DNA of 64,000 nucleotides, taken from Hamiltosporidium tvaerminnensis FI-OER-3-3 (taxonomy: Eukaryota; Fungi; Microsporidia). Both the position numbers and the translations under genes were made by a program. Positions within the stretch are counted from its first letter, which is position 1, and each line of letters starts with the position of its first letter. The notes beneath the pieces were generated by a model. It ran no database searches. It worked only from the letters and a program-made list of their open reading frames with translations, and was not told the origin of the DNA. Of the stretch, positions 48,100 through 60,307 are shown piece after piece. The DNA is taken from NCBI GenBank assembly GCA_022605425.2, contig CM061255.1:124001-188000 (forward strand), given 5' to 3'.

Positions 48100-49245
48100 A
48101 ATAAATTTCTGGGTTAAAATAATTTTACGATATTTATGCGATTTCTTCTACCTCTTTTACCACTACAGTTTCTTCTTCCCAAATCCGACTCTTCATTAAT
48201 ATTTATCGTCGGTTACTCTAATACGTTTCCGTTTTTTGAAATAAGTATTCTATTATTTTTTGTTTTTAAATTTTTAGCACCATCTTCTTCTCGTATCGCT
48301 TGCTTTAAAGTAGGTGTTGGTTTCTCATGCATCCCTACTCTCATAATAACACCCATTGACGTTCTCTCTCAGTGTTTTTCGTCAGTTGGTTCTGACTCAA
48401 GTCATCTTCGTAGATCAAATGAAATTCTTTCGATCGTCTTCTCAAGTACTATAGATTGGATGCATGCCTCTACATTCATGGGTTTCGTAGTCTTCTAGGT
48501 GTGACTTATGATGTTTTTCAGATACCATTCCAGATCAGAATATAGAGATTATCTCAATACCACACTTATAAAAAAGACCCAACTCATTGGCTAGCAGGTC
48601 ATACTTCCTAAGTTTTTCAGTTTCAACTATTTGAAGTAAATCTTGGGAAGTGATTCCTACTTCAATGAGTGTTATCTTATTCTTCTTCTTATCTAAAATA
48701 AATATGTCGGGTCTGTTATTCCGAATTATGACATCAGTTTTTATTCCGGTGTCCACTTTTATCTCTGCATACTCATTATCAAGAATTTCTTGAACTGAGT
48801 GCCTTATAATTCGTTTTGAGGCCTTAAACTTACATTTATTTAGGAGAAGTAAATGTAGACATCTAACCACTTCATTATGCCGTCTGGTGTAGTCATGTCC
48901 TAGCATTTTTTCACGTCGAATTGCTAGATGATCCACAGTCTTACCAAATTTATTACAATATTGACACACATCATCTGCTCCCCAGAATACATTTCTATCC
49001 TGGATATAACAAACCACTGCTTAATCACGTGACTGATCTTTCTTTTTTTTAGCCATATATAAGAATCACTGACACTTACAAGCTCATTTTTCTTTGCATT
49101 ATATAACTTTGAATCGAGTTTTCGTTTTTCTATTTCGTTATATAGTTTTACAAGTTGAGCTTCTTCTAAATTTCTTAATGACTTTTTCTACCAACCTGTA
49201 CTTTACTTTTAAGAAGCCTTTTATTGGTGCAAGATGAGTTGTGTC
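48100..49245 (-). mobile_element. 5'-truncated R4/Dong-like non-LTR retrotransposon (CCHC finger plus restriction-like endonuclease)
   Basis: ORF 48535-49017 contains CQYC...TVDHL, RRHNEVV, NRPDIFI, LIEVGI and EKLRKYDLLANEL, followed by an acidic tail ending VVKEVEEIA* and a short 3' UTR TTTTAACCCAGAAATTTATT. Confidence 0.9.
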
Positions 49246-49799
49246 AATATCTTATTAATATTTTCTAATGATAATTCTTTTATTATATTTATTAATTATA
49301 TCCTTCTTCTTTACCATCAAATTAGCAATTATTTATAGTTTTTACCTTTATCAGATTTAAAAAAAAACTTAAACAGATAAAAATTAAGAAAAAACCGTAG
49401 ATTTAAAACTTAATAATTAATTAAAAGAAAATCTTAATAAATAAGAAATAGCTTTTAAATTATTTATAAATTTATTTCTATTCTTTTCATTCCTCTTTTA
49501 TATATTTTAAAAGTAAAATGATTTTACTTTTCTTTGTCATGATTACTCATCAATTTGTTCTTCCTTCAATTACTTTCTTGTGTCTTTAAAAATTCTTTAA
49601 CTCATCTAATTTCGTTTACCCTCCTATACTTCTTTAAAAATATTTATAGATCTCTTGTCCTTATAATTTGCCCTACAATTACTACCCCTGTCTCTTAAAT
49701 ATTTATAAATCTTCTGTCTTATAATTTACCTTTCACATAGATTTTTATGCTTCTTCAAAATATTCTTTACTTTTCTTATATCCGACCCTCATTACATTT

Positions 49800-51182
49800 T
49801 TATTCTTCTTTAAAAATATTCTTTACTTCTTTCTTTCCTTTAAACTTTACTTTTGTCATAAAAAAATACAAAAAAAAACCTGCCACAATTCCAAAGAACA
49901 TTAAAATATAAAAATAAAAAGTACCTTTTTCTTTTTGCCACGGCACAGGCACATTCATTCCCCAAAGACTTGCTACTGCCTGACACGGTAAAAATATAAA
50001 AGTGACCTGTGTAAACCTTTTCATAACCTTATTCATATCATTTCCTTGTTTAGACTGTTCCATATTAACCAAAGCAAGAAATAAATCTTGACACCTCTCA
50101 AGCACAATATTGTATTCCTTTGCTTGTTTTTCCTGTCGGTTAAAATCCTTGAGACAGTGCAAAATATGCGGACTCACTTTTTTATCTACCCGTTTGTTAT
50201 ACCGAGTGGAAATAGAAGATAAAATAAGCATTTTGGGTTTTATAAATTTACGCAGCGAATATATTTTATTCACCACCTCAAAATTTCTCCGAAGTAAGTT
50301 TTCTATCTCCAAATTTAAATTACTAGAAAGTGTCTGAATATCCACCACCTCAGGTCCAATAGTATCTATAATATGTTTAATATCCTGTAAAAACTCAACA
50401 ATGATCGAAAAAAACACCCAATCAGGCACCATCACAGTATGACAGCATATCAAAGATAAAAAATTTGTAATATCAGAAATACCGCCCCATTTCTTATCAT
50501 GAGTAGTTATAACAAAATCTTTAAACAATAAAATGTTAAAATCGATATCTTCATTGGAATATAAATTTCCTTCAGATAAAAGACGTAAAGAAATAAAACT
50601 GTAATTTTTAAAAATTTCTATTTTTTCTTCTGTGTTTCTCTCCCGAATATCCATCAGTGTTATATCGTTTATGTTAAAATACAAACCTAGAATTTGTAAA
50701 TCGTGCTCAGATGGATTAAAAATATTCAACCAGTAATGCTTTAAAACAGTTAAATTCAATTCTTCAAATCTGTCAAATAAACAGTCAGATTGTATTAAAG
50801 AAGTAGATTTGCTAAATAAAATGTATTTACTTTCACCTAAATTTCTGTATCTAGAAAAGTCGTAGACCGAAGTTCGTTTATCCTCCGTATGACTCAAATT
50901 ATTTCCCTCCACATTTCCATCCTCCATACTCATAGAAATACGTTTATCTTCTGTATGATCTACATTGTTTACAACCTCATTTCCATCCAAATGTCCACCC
51001 ACATTTCCATCCTCTATACTCATAGAAATACGTTTCTCTTCACTTATATTCTTCATCTCCACTACTTCTTCTAGTCCTGCTTCTATATTTAACAACATTC
51101 TGTATATATTTTGATTTTCTCTTCCTTTCTTCATTTTCCTATAAATAGTTATTATTTCCATTATCGTGTTAGTACATTCCAT
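49800..51182 (-). CDS. CorA-family Mg2+ transporter (Alr1/Mnr2-like)
   Basis: C-terminal MNKVMKRFT..TFIFLP...LWGMNVPVPW plus a second TM helix; GMN signature; GGGGG upstream of the ATG. Confidence 0.93.
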   Translation of the reverse strand: MECTNTIMEIITIYRKMKKGRENQNIYRMLLNIEAGLEEVVEMKNISEEKRISMSIEDGNVGGHLDGNEVVNNVDHTEDKRISMSMEDGNVEGNNLSHTEDKRTSVYDFSRYRNLGESKYILFSKSTSLIQSDCLFDRFEELNLTVLKHYWLNIFNPSEHDLQILGLYFNINDITLMDIRERNTEEKIEIFKNYSFISLRLLSEGNLYSNEDIDFNILLFKDFVITTHDKKWGGISDITNFLSLICCHTVMVPDWVFFSIIVEFLQDIKHIIDTIGPEVVDIQTLSSNLNLEIENLLRRNFEVVNKIYSLRKFIKPKMLILSSISTRYNKRVDKKVSPHILHCLKDFNRQEKQAKEYNIVLERCQDLFLALVNMEQSKQGNDMNKVMKRFTQVTFIFLPCQAVASLWGMNVPVPWQKEKGTFYFYILMFFGIVAGFFLYFFMTKVKFKGKKEVKNIFKEE

Positions 51183-51569
51183 ATTTTACCCCCTACAATG
51201 TGGTTTCTATTTTAAAGGAGTAAAATACCAGTAAAATTGTAGATTTAACAGTAAATCGCTGATAAAATATTAAATGTTAGATTTTAACAGTAAATATCAA
51301 ATGTTAGATTTTAAGAGTAAATATTAATTAGTAAATATTATTGATTAGATTGTAAGTAATAGATTCAAAGAGTATTAAAGAGTGTCTAATACTAAAGATT
51401 AAAAGAGTGTTAATTACTAAATATTTAAGAGTAGATTTAATGGTGTTAAATATTGGATTTTAAATAGTAATTTAGAGTAAATTAGTGATAAAATATTAAA
51501 TGTTAGAATTAAAAGGGGTAATAATAATGATTAGAAGATTTAAAGTAATTTAAATGAAAGTATTTATTG

Positions 51570-51925
51570 ATAACAGGGGTTATTAATAAAGGGGTGTTAT
51601 TTATAAGAGTATGTTAAAGGGTATTAATTATATATATGTTAAGTAACAGGGTGTTAATTACATACATAGGTATTAACAGGGTGTTAATAATATACATTGG
51701 TACTAAAAGGGTGATAATTATAACTAATATAATTAATAGTGTGTTAATAAACTATCTAATATATAAGGGGGTGCTAATTATAACTAATACATAATAGGGT
51801 GTTAATAACCTATCTAATACATAAGAGGGTGTTAATAAACTATCTAATACATAACAGGGTGTTAATAAATTATCTAATACATAAAGGGTTTTAATTATAC
51901 TTACTGTTATTAACACCCTTATAAT
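51570..51925. repeat. AGGGTGTTAAT-rich intergenic tandem repeat (~30-bp units)
   Basis: About 10 imperfect units between AOX and CorA. Confidence 0.85.
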
Positions 51926-51956
51926 TACATCTTTTATCATTAACACACTCCAACTC

Positions 51957-53042
51957 TTACTTCAATGAGAATGCCACTTCATTGGCAAATGCATGATTAG
52001 TGTCCCTATGTGCTGCCTCATCTGCACGTACAGCTCGTACAACATCAATAAGACGTGCTTTATGGGGTAAATTCCAATATAAAATAGCCCTTTTAGGTGC
52101 AAAAACATTTTCAATATTTTTATTTTTAATTTCCTCTTCAAACATGTCATAAGACCTAATAGCTTCTTCTTCCAAATATCCAACAAACCGATGTGCAGAT
52201 TTTGGAAATAAAAAATAAAAAATAAAATAAAAACTAAAAAAAAATATTTGTCCAGTATAAATAACAAGAGTGTCTAAAAAAGAAGGTTTGGAAATTTCTA
52301 GAAAAGTTAGAAGATGTTGTCTTTCATTTTCTGCCTCAAGAAGTAGTTTTTGTATGGATGTACCATTATCTACAGTTCTTCGTAAAGAATACAGGTGTCT
52401 GAACAAACCACCCACCATTCCTGGAATAGAAGCTACTGTTTCTAAAACTATGGCTCGATGAACATATCGCTTTCTGAAGTATAAATCTGCAAGAAATCTA
52501 AATCCTTTTACTAGAGAATAAGATATGTAATCTGAGTATCTCTGTGGTTTGAAATGAAAATCTTTTTTATAATTTATTTCTTTTAGCTGAGTAAGCGTTA
52601 TTTTCTTTTTAAATTCTTCTCTGACTGGTTGTGGGAAATAAAACCTACGTTGTGAGATAAAGGGGTGTTGATTATTAGAAGAGTTGTATATGTTATTAAA
52701 GGGGTGTTGATTATTAGAAGAGTTGTATAGGTCTGTAAAGGGGTGTTGTTTATATGATGTAATATCTTGCTTATTAAAAGGGTGTTGTTTATATGATGAA
52801 TTGTATAGGTGTGTAAAGGGGTGTTGTTTATATGATGTAATATCCTCGTTATTAGAGGGGTGTTGTTTATGTAAATATTCTCTGTTATTAATAGGTGTTA
52901 TTTCTAAGTATCTTCTTGGTGCAATATAACCCTTTAATATACTATTATCATTATTACTGTGAATAACACCATTTGTTATATCTTTAAGGCTTTCTTTATT
53001 AATAAAAGGGTTTTTAGTTGTTAATAGATTTTTTAAAAGCAT
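51957..53042 (-). CDS. AOX: Alternative oxidase (mitosomal), with a repeat-expanded N-terminus
   Basis: Di-iron motifs LETVA, EAENERQHL, VGYLEEEA and VRADEAAH; CCC immediately upstream of the ATG (53043-53045). Confidence 0.97.
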   Translation of the reverse strand: MLLKNLLTTKNPFINKESLKDITNGVIHSNNDNSILKGYIAPRRYLEITPINNREYLHKQHPSNNEDITSYKQHPFTHLYNSSYKQHPFNKQDITSYKQHPFTDLYNSSNNQHPFNNIYNSSNNQHPFISQRRFYFPQPVREEFKKKITLTQLKEINYKKDFHFKPQRYSDYISYSLVKGFRFLADLYFRKRYVHRAIVLETVASIPGMVGGLFRHLYSLRRTVDNGTSIQKLLLEAENERQHLLTFLEISKPSFLDTLVIYTGQIFFFSFYFIFYFLFPKSAHRFVGYLEEEAIRSYDMFEEEIKNKNIENVFAPKRAILYWNLPHKARLIDVVRAVRADEAAHRDTNHAFANEVAFSLK

Positions 53043-53159
53043 GGGTTTGTTTTTAAAAGTTTATTTTAAATAAGTTTTGATTAAATAGAATATTAAAGGT
53101 AAATTAAGGGAATTTAATAGAAAGGTAATTCAGGATTGTAATAGAAGGGTAATAGTGTG

Positions 53160-53305
53160 ATGTAATAAGGGAAGATTAATGGAAGGATAATAGAAGGATA
53201 ATAGAGGAATAATAGAGAAATAATAGAGAAATAATAGAAGAATAAAAGAAGAATAAAAGAATATAATAGAGAAATAATAGAAGAATAATAGAGGAATAAT
53301 ATAAG
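53160..53305. repeat. AATAGA(G/A)-type microsatellite-like tract upstream of AOX
   Basis: Tandem ~11-bp AATAGAGAAAT/AATAGAAGAAT units. Confidence 0.8.
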
Positions 53306-53379
53306 GGTTATAAATTACGGTTTTTTAATACAGAATTATAATCTTAAAAACCAATAAAATAAATACTTTACTTACTACA

Positions 53380-53570
53380 TACTAACACCCCTTTAAATAT
53401 ACGTACTTAACCCTTTAACTATAACTACTAATAATAACACCCCTTTAAATATACATACTAACACCCCTTTAACTATAACTACTCATAATAACACCTTTAA
53501 ATATAAATCATAACTCTAACACCCCTTTTTAGCAACACATATACATATAAATAACACCCCTTTAACTATC
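53380..53570. repeat. TAACACCCCTTTAA repeats downstream of enolase
   Basis: About 7 imperfect units. Confidence 0.8.
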
Positions 53571-53571
53571 T

Positions 53572-54858
53572 TTACTTACTTTTCTTTTTAAGTGACTCTT
53601 CAATTCTCAACAACTGATTGTACTTACATGTTCTTTCTCCTCTATTAGGTGCTCCGGCTTTAATATACTCTGCACCGATACCTACACTGAAGTCAGAAAT
53701 AAACGTATCTTCTGTCTCCCCACTTCTATGAGAAACCATAATTTTCATATTGTTTTGTCTTGCGATCTGTACAGCTTTAAGAGTCTGAGTTACAGTTCCT
53801 ATCTGATTAGGCTTAACTAGAAGTGTGTTACACATTTTATTTTGTGCGGCTTTTTCTACCAAATCAGGGTTTGTAACTGTCAGGTCGTCTGCTACTATCT
53901 GTATTGAAGAGCCTACTTGGTTTGTAAATGATATCCATGAGGATGTGTCTGTTTCAGCGAATGGATCTTCTAAGGAATAAATTAATGGGTATTTTTTAAG
54001 TATTTGGTGGTAATATTGTTGAAGTTCTGTTCCTGACAAAGAAACTTTTTTATTGGAATTTTGTGTTTTTTGGTAAATTGTGTATTTTTCTTGGCTGTAG
54101 AATTCGTTAGCAGCGCAATCTAAGGCGATTTTCATGTTTTGTAGGTTTGACTGGGAATAGGCTGTCATGATAAGGTCAAGGGCGTCTTCTAGTGTTTCTA
54201 CGGGTGGTACGAAACCACCTTCGTCGCCTACGTTGGTGGAATTATTGCCGTATTTTGTTGAAATGACACTTTTAAGTGACTCATAAAATTTAACTCCGCT
54301 TTCTAAATTTTTAGAAAATTCTGGTTCAAAAAAGGAAACCATGATTTCCTGAAATGGAAAATTTGTGCCTGCGTGGGATCCACCGTTTAATACGTTGAAG
54401 TGAGGAAATGGCATTTTATTTTTGTACAAAGCCATTCTCGAAATATATTCTCTAAGACTCAAATTTAAAGAAACAGCACCTGCTCTACAGAAAGATAAAG
54501 ACAGCGGTAAAACAATATTTGCTCCAATTCTTGACATATTAGGAGTTCCATCTAAATGTATAAGAAAATTGTCAATTTTTGACTGATCGTGTATTTCTGT
54601 CTCGTTTAAATCACCAATTCGTGGAATTACAATATTTTTTAAATTAAATATTGCCTTCTTCACTGATTTTCCGTTATATTCATCAGAATTCTTGTCTAAA
54701 ATAACTTTTGCTTCTTTTTTACCTGTAGATGCTCCTGACGGACACGAAGATCTAAATACACCAAACGATGTGTGTAGGTCTATTTCCGTGGTAGGTGTAC
54801 CTCGACTGCTAAGTATTTGTCTACATTTTATTTTTTGATAACATTCTTGTATTTTCAT
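53572..54858 (-). CDS. ENO: Enolase
   Basis: PSGASTG, NGGSHAG, QE, VGDEGGF, LDCAA, SLEDPF, VADDL, LLVKPNQIG, SHRSGETED, IKAGAP and KYNQLLRIEE are all intact; CCCC upstream (54863-54866). Confidence 0.98.
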   Translation of the reverse strand: MKIQECYQKIKCRQILSSRGTPTTEIDLHTSFGVFRSSCPSGASTGKKEAKVILDKNSDEYNGKSVKKAIFNLKNIVIPRIGDLNETEIHDQSKIDNFLIHLDGTPNMSRIGANIVLPLSLSFCRAGAVSLNLSLREYISRMALYKNKMPFPHFNVLNGGSHAGTNFPFQEIMVSFFEPEFSKNLESGVKFYESLKSVISTKYGNNSTNVGDEGGFVPPVETLEDALDLIMTAYSQSNLQNMKIALDCAANEFYSQEKYTIYQKTQNSNKKVSLSGTELQQYYHQILKKYPLIYSLEDPFAETDTSSWISFTNQVGSSIQIVADDLTVTNPDLVEKAAQNKMCNTLLVKPNQIGTVTQTLKAVQIARQNNMKIMVSHRSGETEDTFISDFSVGIGAEYIKAGAPNRGERTCKYNQLLRIEESLKKKSK

Positions 54859-54944
54859 TACAGGGGTTTTTCATTTTTTTAGTAAAATTTTTTATATTTT
54901 TCTTTGTAACCAATTATATTGTTGGAGATAAGAATGGTTAATAT

Positions 54945-55285
54945 TATTGATTGAAGTAAGATTTATTTGTAATAAAAAGTTGTGATGTTTAGTCATGTAT
55001 GAGATATAATTTTGTAGTACCCATTGAGGGATTCTAAATTCATTTGTAATAGAAAGAATGTGATATTAAAAGAGTAAAATATAATTAGTTAGTACTTATT
55101 GATGAAATATAAACTTGATTTGTAATAGAAAGGAAGTGGTATTAGAAGAGTTGAATTCATAATTTTGTAGTACTCATCTATGAATTGTAAAATTTATTTG
55201 TATTTAAATTTTTTATATGAATAGACAAAATATTTATCACTAAAGCTTGATGAATTAAAAAATTTATTTGTAATAAAAACATCTT
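54945..55285. repeat. ~80-bp tandem repeat upstream of enolase
   Basis: About 4 diverged units sharing ATTTGTAATA.AAAG...ATAATTTTGTAGTAC.CAT. Confidence 0.7.
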
Positions 55286-56614
55286 TTATAACAAATTTTA
55301 AAGAATATAATATAATAAATAATTCTTTCCTCTATTTTTCTTTAATTAGGAATATTAATTACAATTTATATATCAAAAAATACCTTTTTTGGAAAATTTG
55401 TTATACCAGAAAATATTAAAATTATTGGTATTTGTTGTTATCTAAAATGACCTGCTCAGTCGAAATATTCAATCAAATTTTAACTTTTTAAAATGATTCG
55501 TTTGTTAAAATATAAATATAGAATACAACAATTAGAATATGAAAGGCAATTTTGATAAGTTTTTTAAGGAAAAGGAGTGTTTTTGGACAGAAACTAAATG
55601 CGTGGTGTTTGTTGTCTTTCATCTTATTGTAAGACTGTATTATGTTTACAGTTTTTAACTATAAAAACCTTTTTATGATTCTATTTCTTTAACGGTTTCA
55701 TTTCTATTTTGTTTTCTTGTTTTTGCTTGATGGTTTTGTTTCTAGATTTCAGGTTTTCTTAAAAGTTTTGTCGCAATATTGCAGTTTTTAATAATAAAAC
55801 AGTTACTTGTATTAAAATATATTTTGAAAGAAATTTTAATCTTTCGTTAAATTTTAATCATTTGTAAACCATTGCTTTCATCCAAAATATTCTATTATAG
55901 TGTAAGATGGTAGTTAAAGATTAGAGAAAAATATATGAAAACTTAAAAAAAAATTGAACTCAAAAATTTATTTATAAAAATAATCATAATGTAATATTTA
56001 TAATTATATTTCTTATCTATTAAAAAAATATCAAAGTAATAAGTAAATATATTTAGTTATAGCTTAACAAAGACTCTTTATTTATAAGTATCGGATTCAA
56101 AAGATTGATATCCAAATCAATAATAATTATATTTGAAGATAATTTCATCAAAGTATTTCAATAGTAAAGATATAGTAGATCTAATTATTAAATTATATTT
56201 ATAAATAATTCTTAGAAGTATTCTTACTTAAAGAAGAAAAAATAATTAATTTGTTTGGTATTGGATTTTAGTGTAATTATTCTTTATAGCTACCGTTTAT
56301 TGTTGTAAAATAAGTATTATCTTCAGTAAATATGCATCGGACTCAATTAATTTTACAAAATATTATCTTAAACTTAATGGAAGGAATAAATGAACTTTTA
56401 GATGTTCTTTATAGTGTTATCTTGTTATTATTAAATAGATATATTTATCAGATTTATAAATTTATTATCTAATACATCATGTGTGTTTGGTTATTTATTC
56501 TAAAAATTTAAGATGATTTATTCTTTAAACAGAGGTATGAATTTACATCATATTTAATAAATAGTTAATTTAAAACATATCAGATATTTCTTATAGAACT
56601 TTGGAATAAGTCTA

Positions 56615-57265
56615 TTATTTTTCATACCTTAATGTATCATGGTTTACATTGATAGCATGATTCCAGTGCACTATAGTACTTTTACCTATCAAAACCTCAA
56701 TGCTTTTCATCAAAGATATATATGGTCAAGTAAATGAGCGAAGCATTACCCAGAAACGGTCTAAATTGGTTGTATTAAGTGTGATTGCATGCCAATCCCT
56801 CTAGACTTCTCTAAGAGCAGCAACATTCCCACATACTGCATATATTCTGAACTACAGAGATTTCCAGCTGTGATATATATTGGCGAGTTACATGAGATCT
56901 AACACGATGATGCATGTCATGCTATCAGATTACCTGCAACTTAACCTTTCCGGTTTTTTAGTGTATGTTCCTGTAACTTCCGAGAAAATAAATCTTTTAA
57001 CCGGGTAGCCAGTGCTTTGACATGGCAATTACATCAAGGTCTGCTAATAATTACAATCTACTTACATAAAAAACTATAAAGTGCGTTATAAGAAAAAGTT
57101 CCATTATATTGCAGGTCATATCTTACTGTTACAAATGTTGATTGCAGTCGAATTCAATCTAGTCTTTATTCCACCAAAGAACAAAAAGAAAGATTTTTCA
57201 CACATATTTCGTCTTATAATTGCCAAGAAGAAACTTTTACAAATGTTTATGTTCTCTATCTTCAT
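56615..57265 (-). mobile_element. 730-nt structured non-coding repeat, highly diverged copy
   Basis: The reverse complement retains CTTGGCAAT, TAGTTTTTTATGTAA, GTAATTGCCATGT, GCAGGTAA and TTCAGA..GTGGGAATGTTGC. Confidence 0.7.
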
Positions 57266-58394
57266 TTTAACCATGCAAACGTAAAAATCATACGTACACA
57301 GTCAATAATGGTTGTATTAATAATGTGTAGAGTATATCGTAAAATACATAAAATATAACTATACTGCTAGAAAGAAGGTGTAAGAATACAGTAGCAGTTA
57401 TAAGAACACGAAATAATGGTTATATATACCATTTTTGATCGTAAATTACTTTCGATTACTAAAAAAGGATACTTTAAAGTAAAAGATAAAATTGCGATAT
57501 CTCTTAGATTTCATAGTGGCTTAAACTCAGTTTATTTTAATTTTTCTAAGAAAATGACAAATTAATATAAAATCCAATCAAAACAGGTCTTTTTACTTTT
57601 AATATTTTAAAAATTTATTGCTATATTCTATTTTTATATGTAATTAAATATTTTTTTGGTTGTAATCAACCAAATTTTAATACGAATGTTCATTGAAATA
57701 CATAAAACAGATGTGAAAACATAAATCTGTATTTTTCTATCGCAAAAGATAAAATGATTCGTAAAATATAAAATTACAACATAAAACTCGAAATTGGTAT
57801 TCAAACTTTAAAACTTACAACAAATAGTTTGAACATATAACCAAGATATTATAGCTTGGATAAAATGTAATATAATGCTGTTTCTTCTTAGAGTTATAAT
57901 AAAAATGAAAAATACCCGTACAGTGTTTAATTATACCTTTTTATAATATTTAAGTTATATTTTAGAAAAATATCAAATATTACTTTTTGATTTAAATTTA
58001 TTTTTATAAAATCTATGCATCATAGATATCAGACTTTTACTGAAGAGAAAGAATCATTTTCTAATTCAATAATACTTTTTAGATAAATATAGCAAACACT
58101 TATTTTTTACCGTATATTTACTACTCAAATATAAAGTAAATCTATAAAAATTTGAATTGAAATTATATCAGAAAGTTTGAATGTAACAGTATTTGAGATT
58201 TGAAAAAAAAATCATCTGTAATTAATCTAAAATTTTATATTTTTTTTTAATTAATTAATTAAATTAAAAATATCAAACCGATAATTTAATTTAACTGATT
58301 TATCTTTTTATAATTATTTAAAATTGTTCTTAGACCTTCTGATTTCTAGATAGAAACATATTTATCTCTCAGATATTTTACTAGAATATTCTTA

Positions 58395-58570
58395 ATTCTT
58401 TTACTTACTTAGAAAATTTCTTATAAAATTTCTTATAAATTTACTTATAAACTACCTATAGAATTACTCTTAATATTACTGATAAAATTACTGATAAAAC
58501 TACTTAAATAATTACTCATAGAATTACTGATAAAAACACTTGTATAATTACTCATTAATTACTCTTAGAA
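58395..58570. repeat. 12-bp tandem repeat (AATTACT(G/C)ATA(A/G))
   Basis: About 14 imperfect units. Confidence 0.75.
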
Positions 58571-59022
58571 TGATATTCCTTGATTGAACACTTTATTAAA
58601 TATTTTATTAAATATTTCTTGATTAGATTTGATCTATATATGTTTCAAATTGATAAAGATTATTTTTTATAGAAAAAAAAAGATTAAAAATAACATTTCT
58701 TTGATAAAAATATCAGTTAAAATATTTTTTGTTTCTTAAAAATAAAAATTATATATTTTAAGTTGTCTTACTCCAGATAAAAAAAACTGATTTGAATATA
58801 AATTATTTTGTTTGAGTTTGTACTAAGAACACACCTACTAATAATATATAACTAGGAATAATATGGTATTTAAAGAATATATTTTTGTAAAATATATCAA
58901 TAGATAAGAAAAAATTGAAATTTTTTCTATTTCTATATTAAATGATTGATTAAACTTTTTAATATTATTTAAAGATAAATTACTTTTATGAATAAAAAGG
59001 TAAATATATATAATAAAATATA

Positions 59023-60060
59023 ATGGAGAAGGGTATGTATCTAGTTTATATATTGATTTTCAAATATTTGTATATCTCTGCTGGTTCTAATAGCTCAGAT
59101 CATATATATTCAAATATATATGAAACTATACCGTATGATCAGATTATTCCAAGCATGTATGTGTTTAGTGATAGATTAAATAATTTGAGGGAAAACGATT
59201 TTCTTTTAGAATTTATTTCTTTCAATATGGCAGCCAATTTAGTGTTCTGCGGGGCACAAAGCCAGATGGTAAGTAGAAAGAAAAACCGAATTTATGAATT
59301 GTTGAAACAAAATAGCTTATCTGGTCTTAATATGAAAAGAAATCATGATATTTTTACAAAATATCAGATATACAGATCACATCTGAACAATAAGTTATTA
59401 TCGATTGAGTATTTAGTAATATTAAGATTAAAATTTAAAATAGAAAAAATACTTAAACGAGACTTTCGCAATGAAATAAAAGAATTTACAAAAAATATTT
59501 TTTTATTGAATCCTGGTATTACAAATATTATAAAAGAAAGGTTTAAAAACAAAATTAAGTGTTTAAACTCCGAATCACAGAATATTCCGCAAATTTTTTT
59601 ACAAAAAAATTTTCAAAATTGTGAGATGACCAAATATTTTAAAGATTTTGATATTTCGTTTTGTGACATGAATTCGTATTCAGCAATACCGTATTTAGAC
59701 GTTTTATCTACAGGTATATACCTTTCATATAATCTAAAAACCACCCAAACTATATTTTTATACAATCTTAATGACACAATATTTCAAACTTTATATAATA
59801 ATTTCTTAGATATTGAAATCATACGTAAATCTATAAAAGTAATAATTAAAATGATTTATGATACCAAAATAGAAACAGAAGATATAAATGAAATTTTAAA
59901 ATCAGATTTTAATTTAAAATTTTATCAAATTTATAAAAAAACATTTAAAAATTTAGAATCAGCATATATGAATGTTCTTATTAAAAATATTTTGAATAAA
60001 AAAATTTTATCAAATATTTTAAAAAGTGTTATTAGAGAAATAAAAGAAAATACAATATAA
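59023..60060 (+). CDS. Hypothetical secreted protein (345 aa)
   Basis: Intact ORF with signal-like MYLVYILIFKYLYISA; the true start may be Met5. Confidence 0.8.
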   Translation: MEKGMYLVYILIFKYLYISAGSNSSDHIYSNIYETIPYDQIIPSMYVFSDRLNNLRENDFLLEFISFNMAANLVFCGAQSQMVSRKKNRIYELLKQNSLSGLNMKRNHDIFTKYQIYRSHLNNKLLSIEYLVILRLKFKIEKILKRDFRNEIKEFTKNIFLLNPGITNIIKERFKNKIKCLNSESQNIPQIFLQKNFQNCEMTKYFKDFDISFCDMNSYSAIPYLDVLSTGIYLSYNLKTTQTIFLYNLNDTIFQTLYNNFLDIEIIRKSIKVIIKMIYDTKIETEDINEILKSDFNLKFYQIYKKTFKNLESAYMNVLIKNILNKKILSNILKSVIREIKENTI

Positions 60061-60104
60061 ATTTAAAGAGAAAATATAATATTTTTAAAATTAAATAAAA
60101 TATT

Positions 60105-60307
60105 GGAACTAATTTATTTTCTTAAATATTCTAATAAATAATTAATTACCTTAATTATTTCCAATAAATAATTCATTTTCTTAAATTTTATTAGAAATAA
60201 TTAATTTTCTTAAATTTTATTAGAAATAATTAATTTTCTTAAATATTATTAAAACTAATTAATTTTCTTAAATTTTATAAGAAATAATTCATTTTCTTAA
60301 ATTTTAT
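60105..60307. repeat. ~28-bp AT-rich minisatellite abutting the 730-nt element
   Basis: Tandem AAATAATTAATTTTCTTAAATTTTATTAG units. Confidence 0.8.

Noticed and set aside
48136-48498. 120-aa plus-strand ORF with signal-like start
   Set aside because: Antisense to the acidic C-terminal tail of the R4/Dong-like element.
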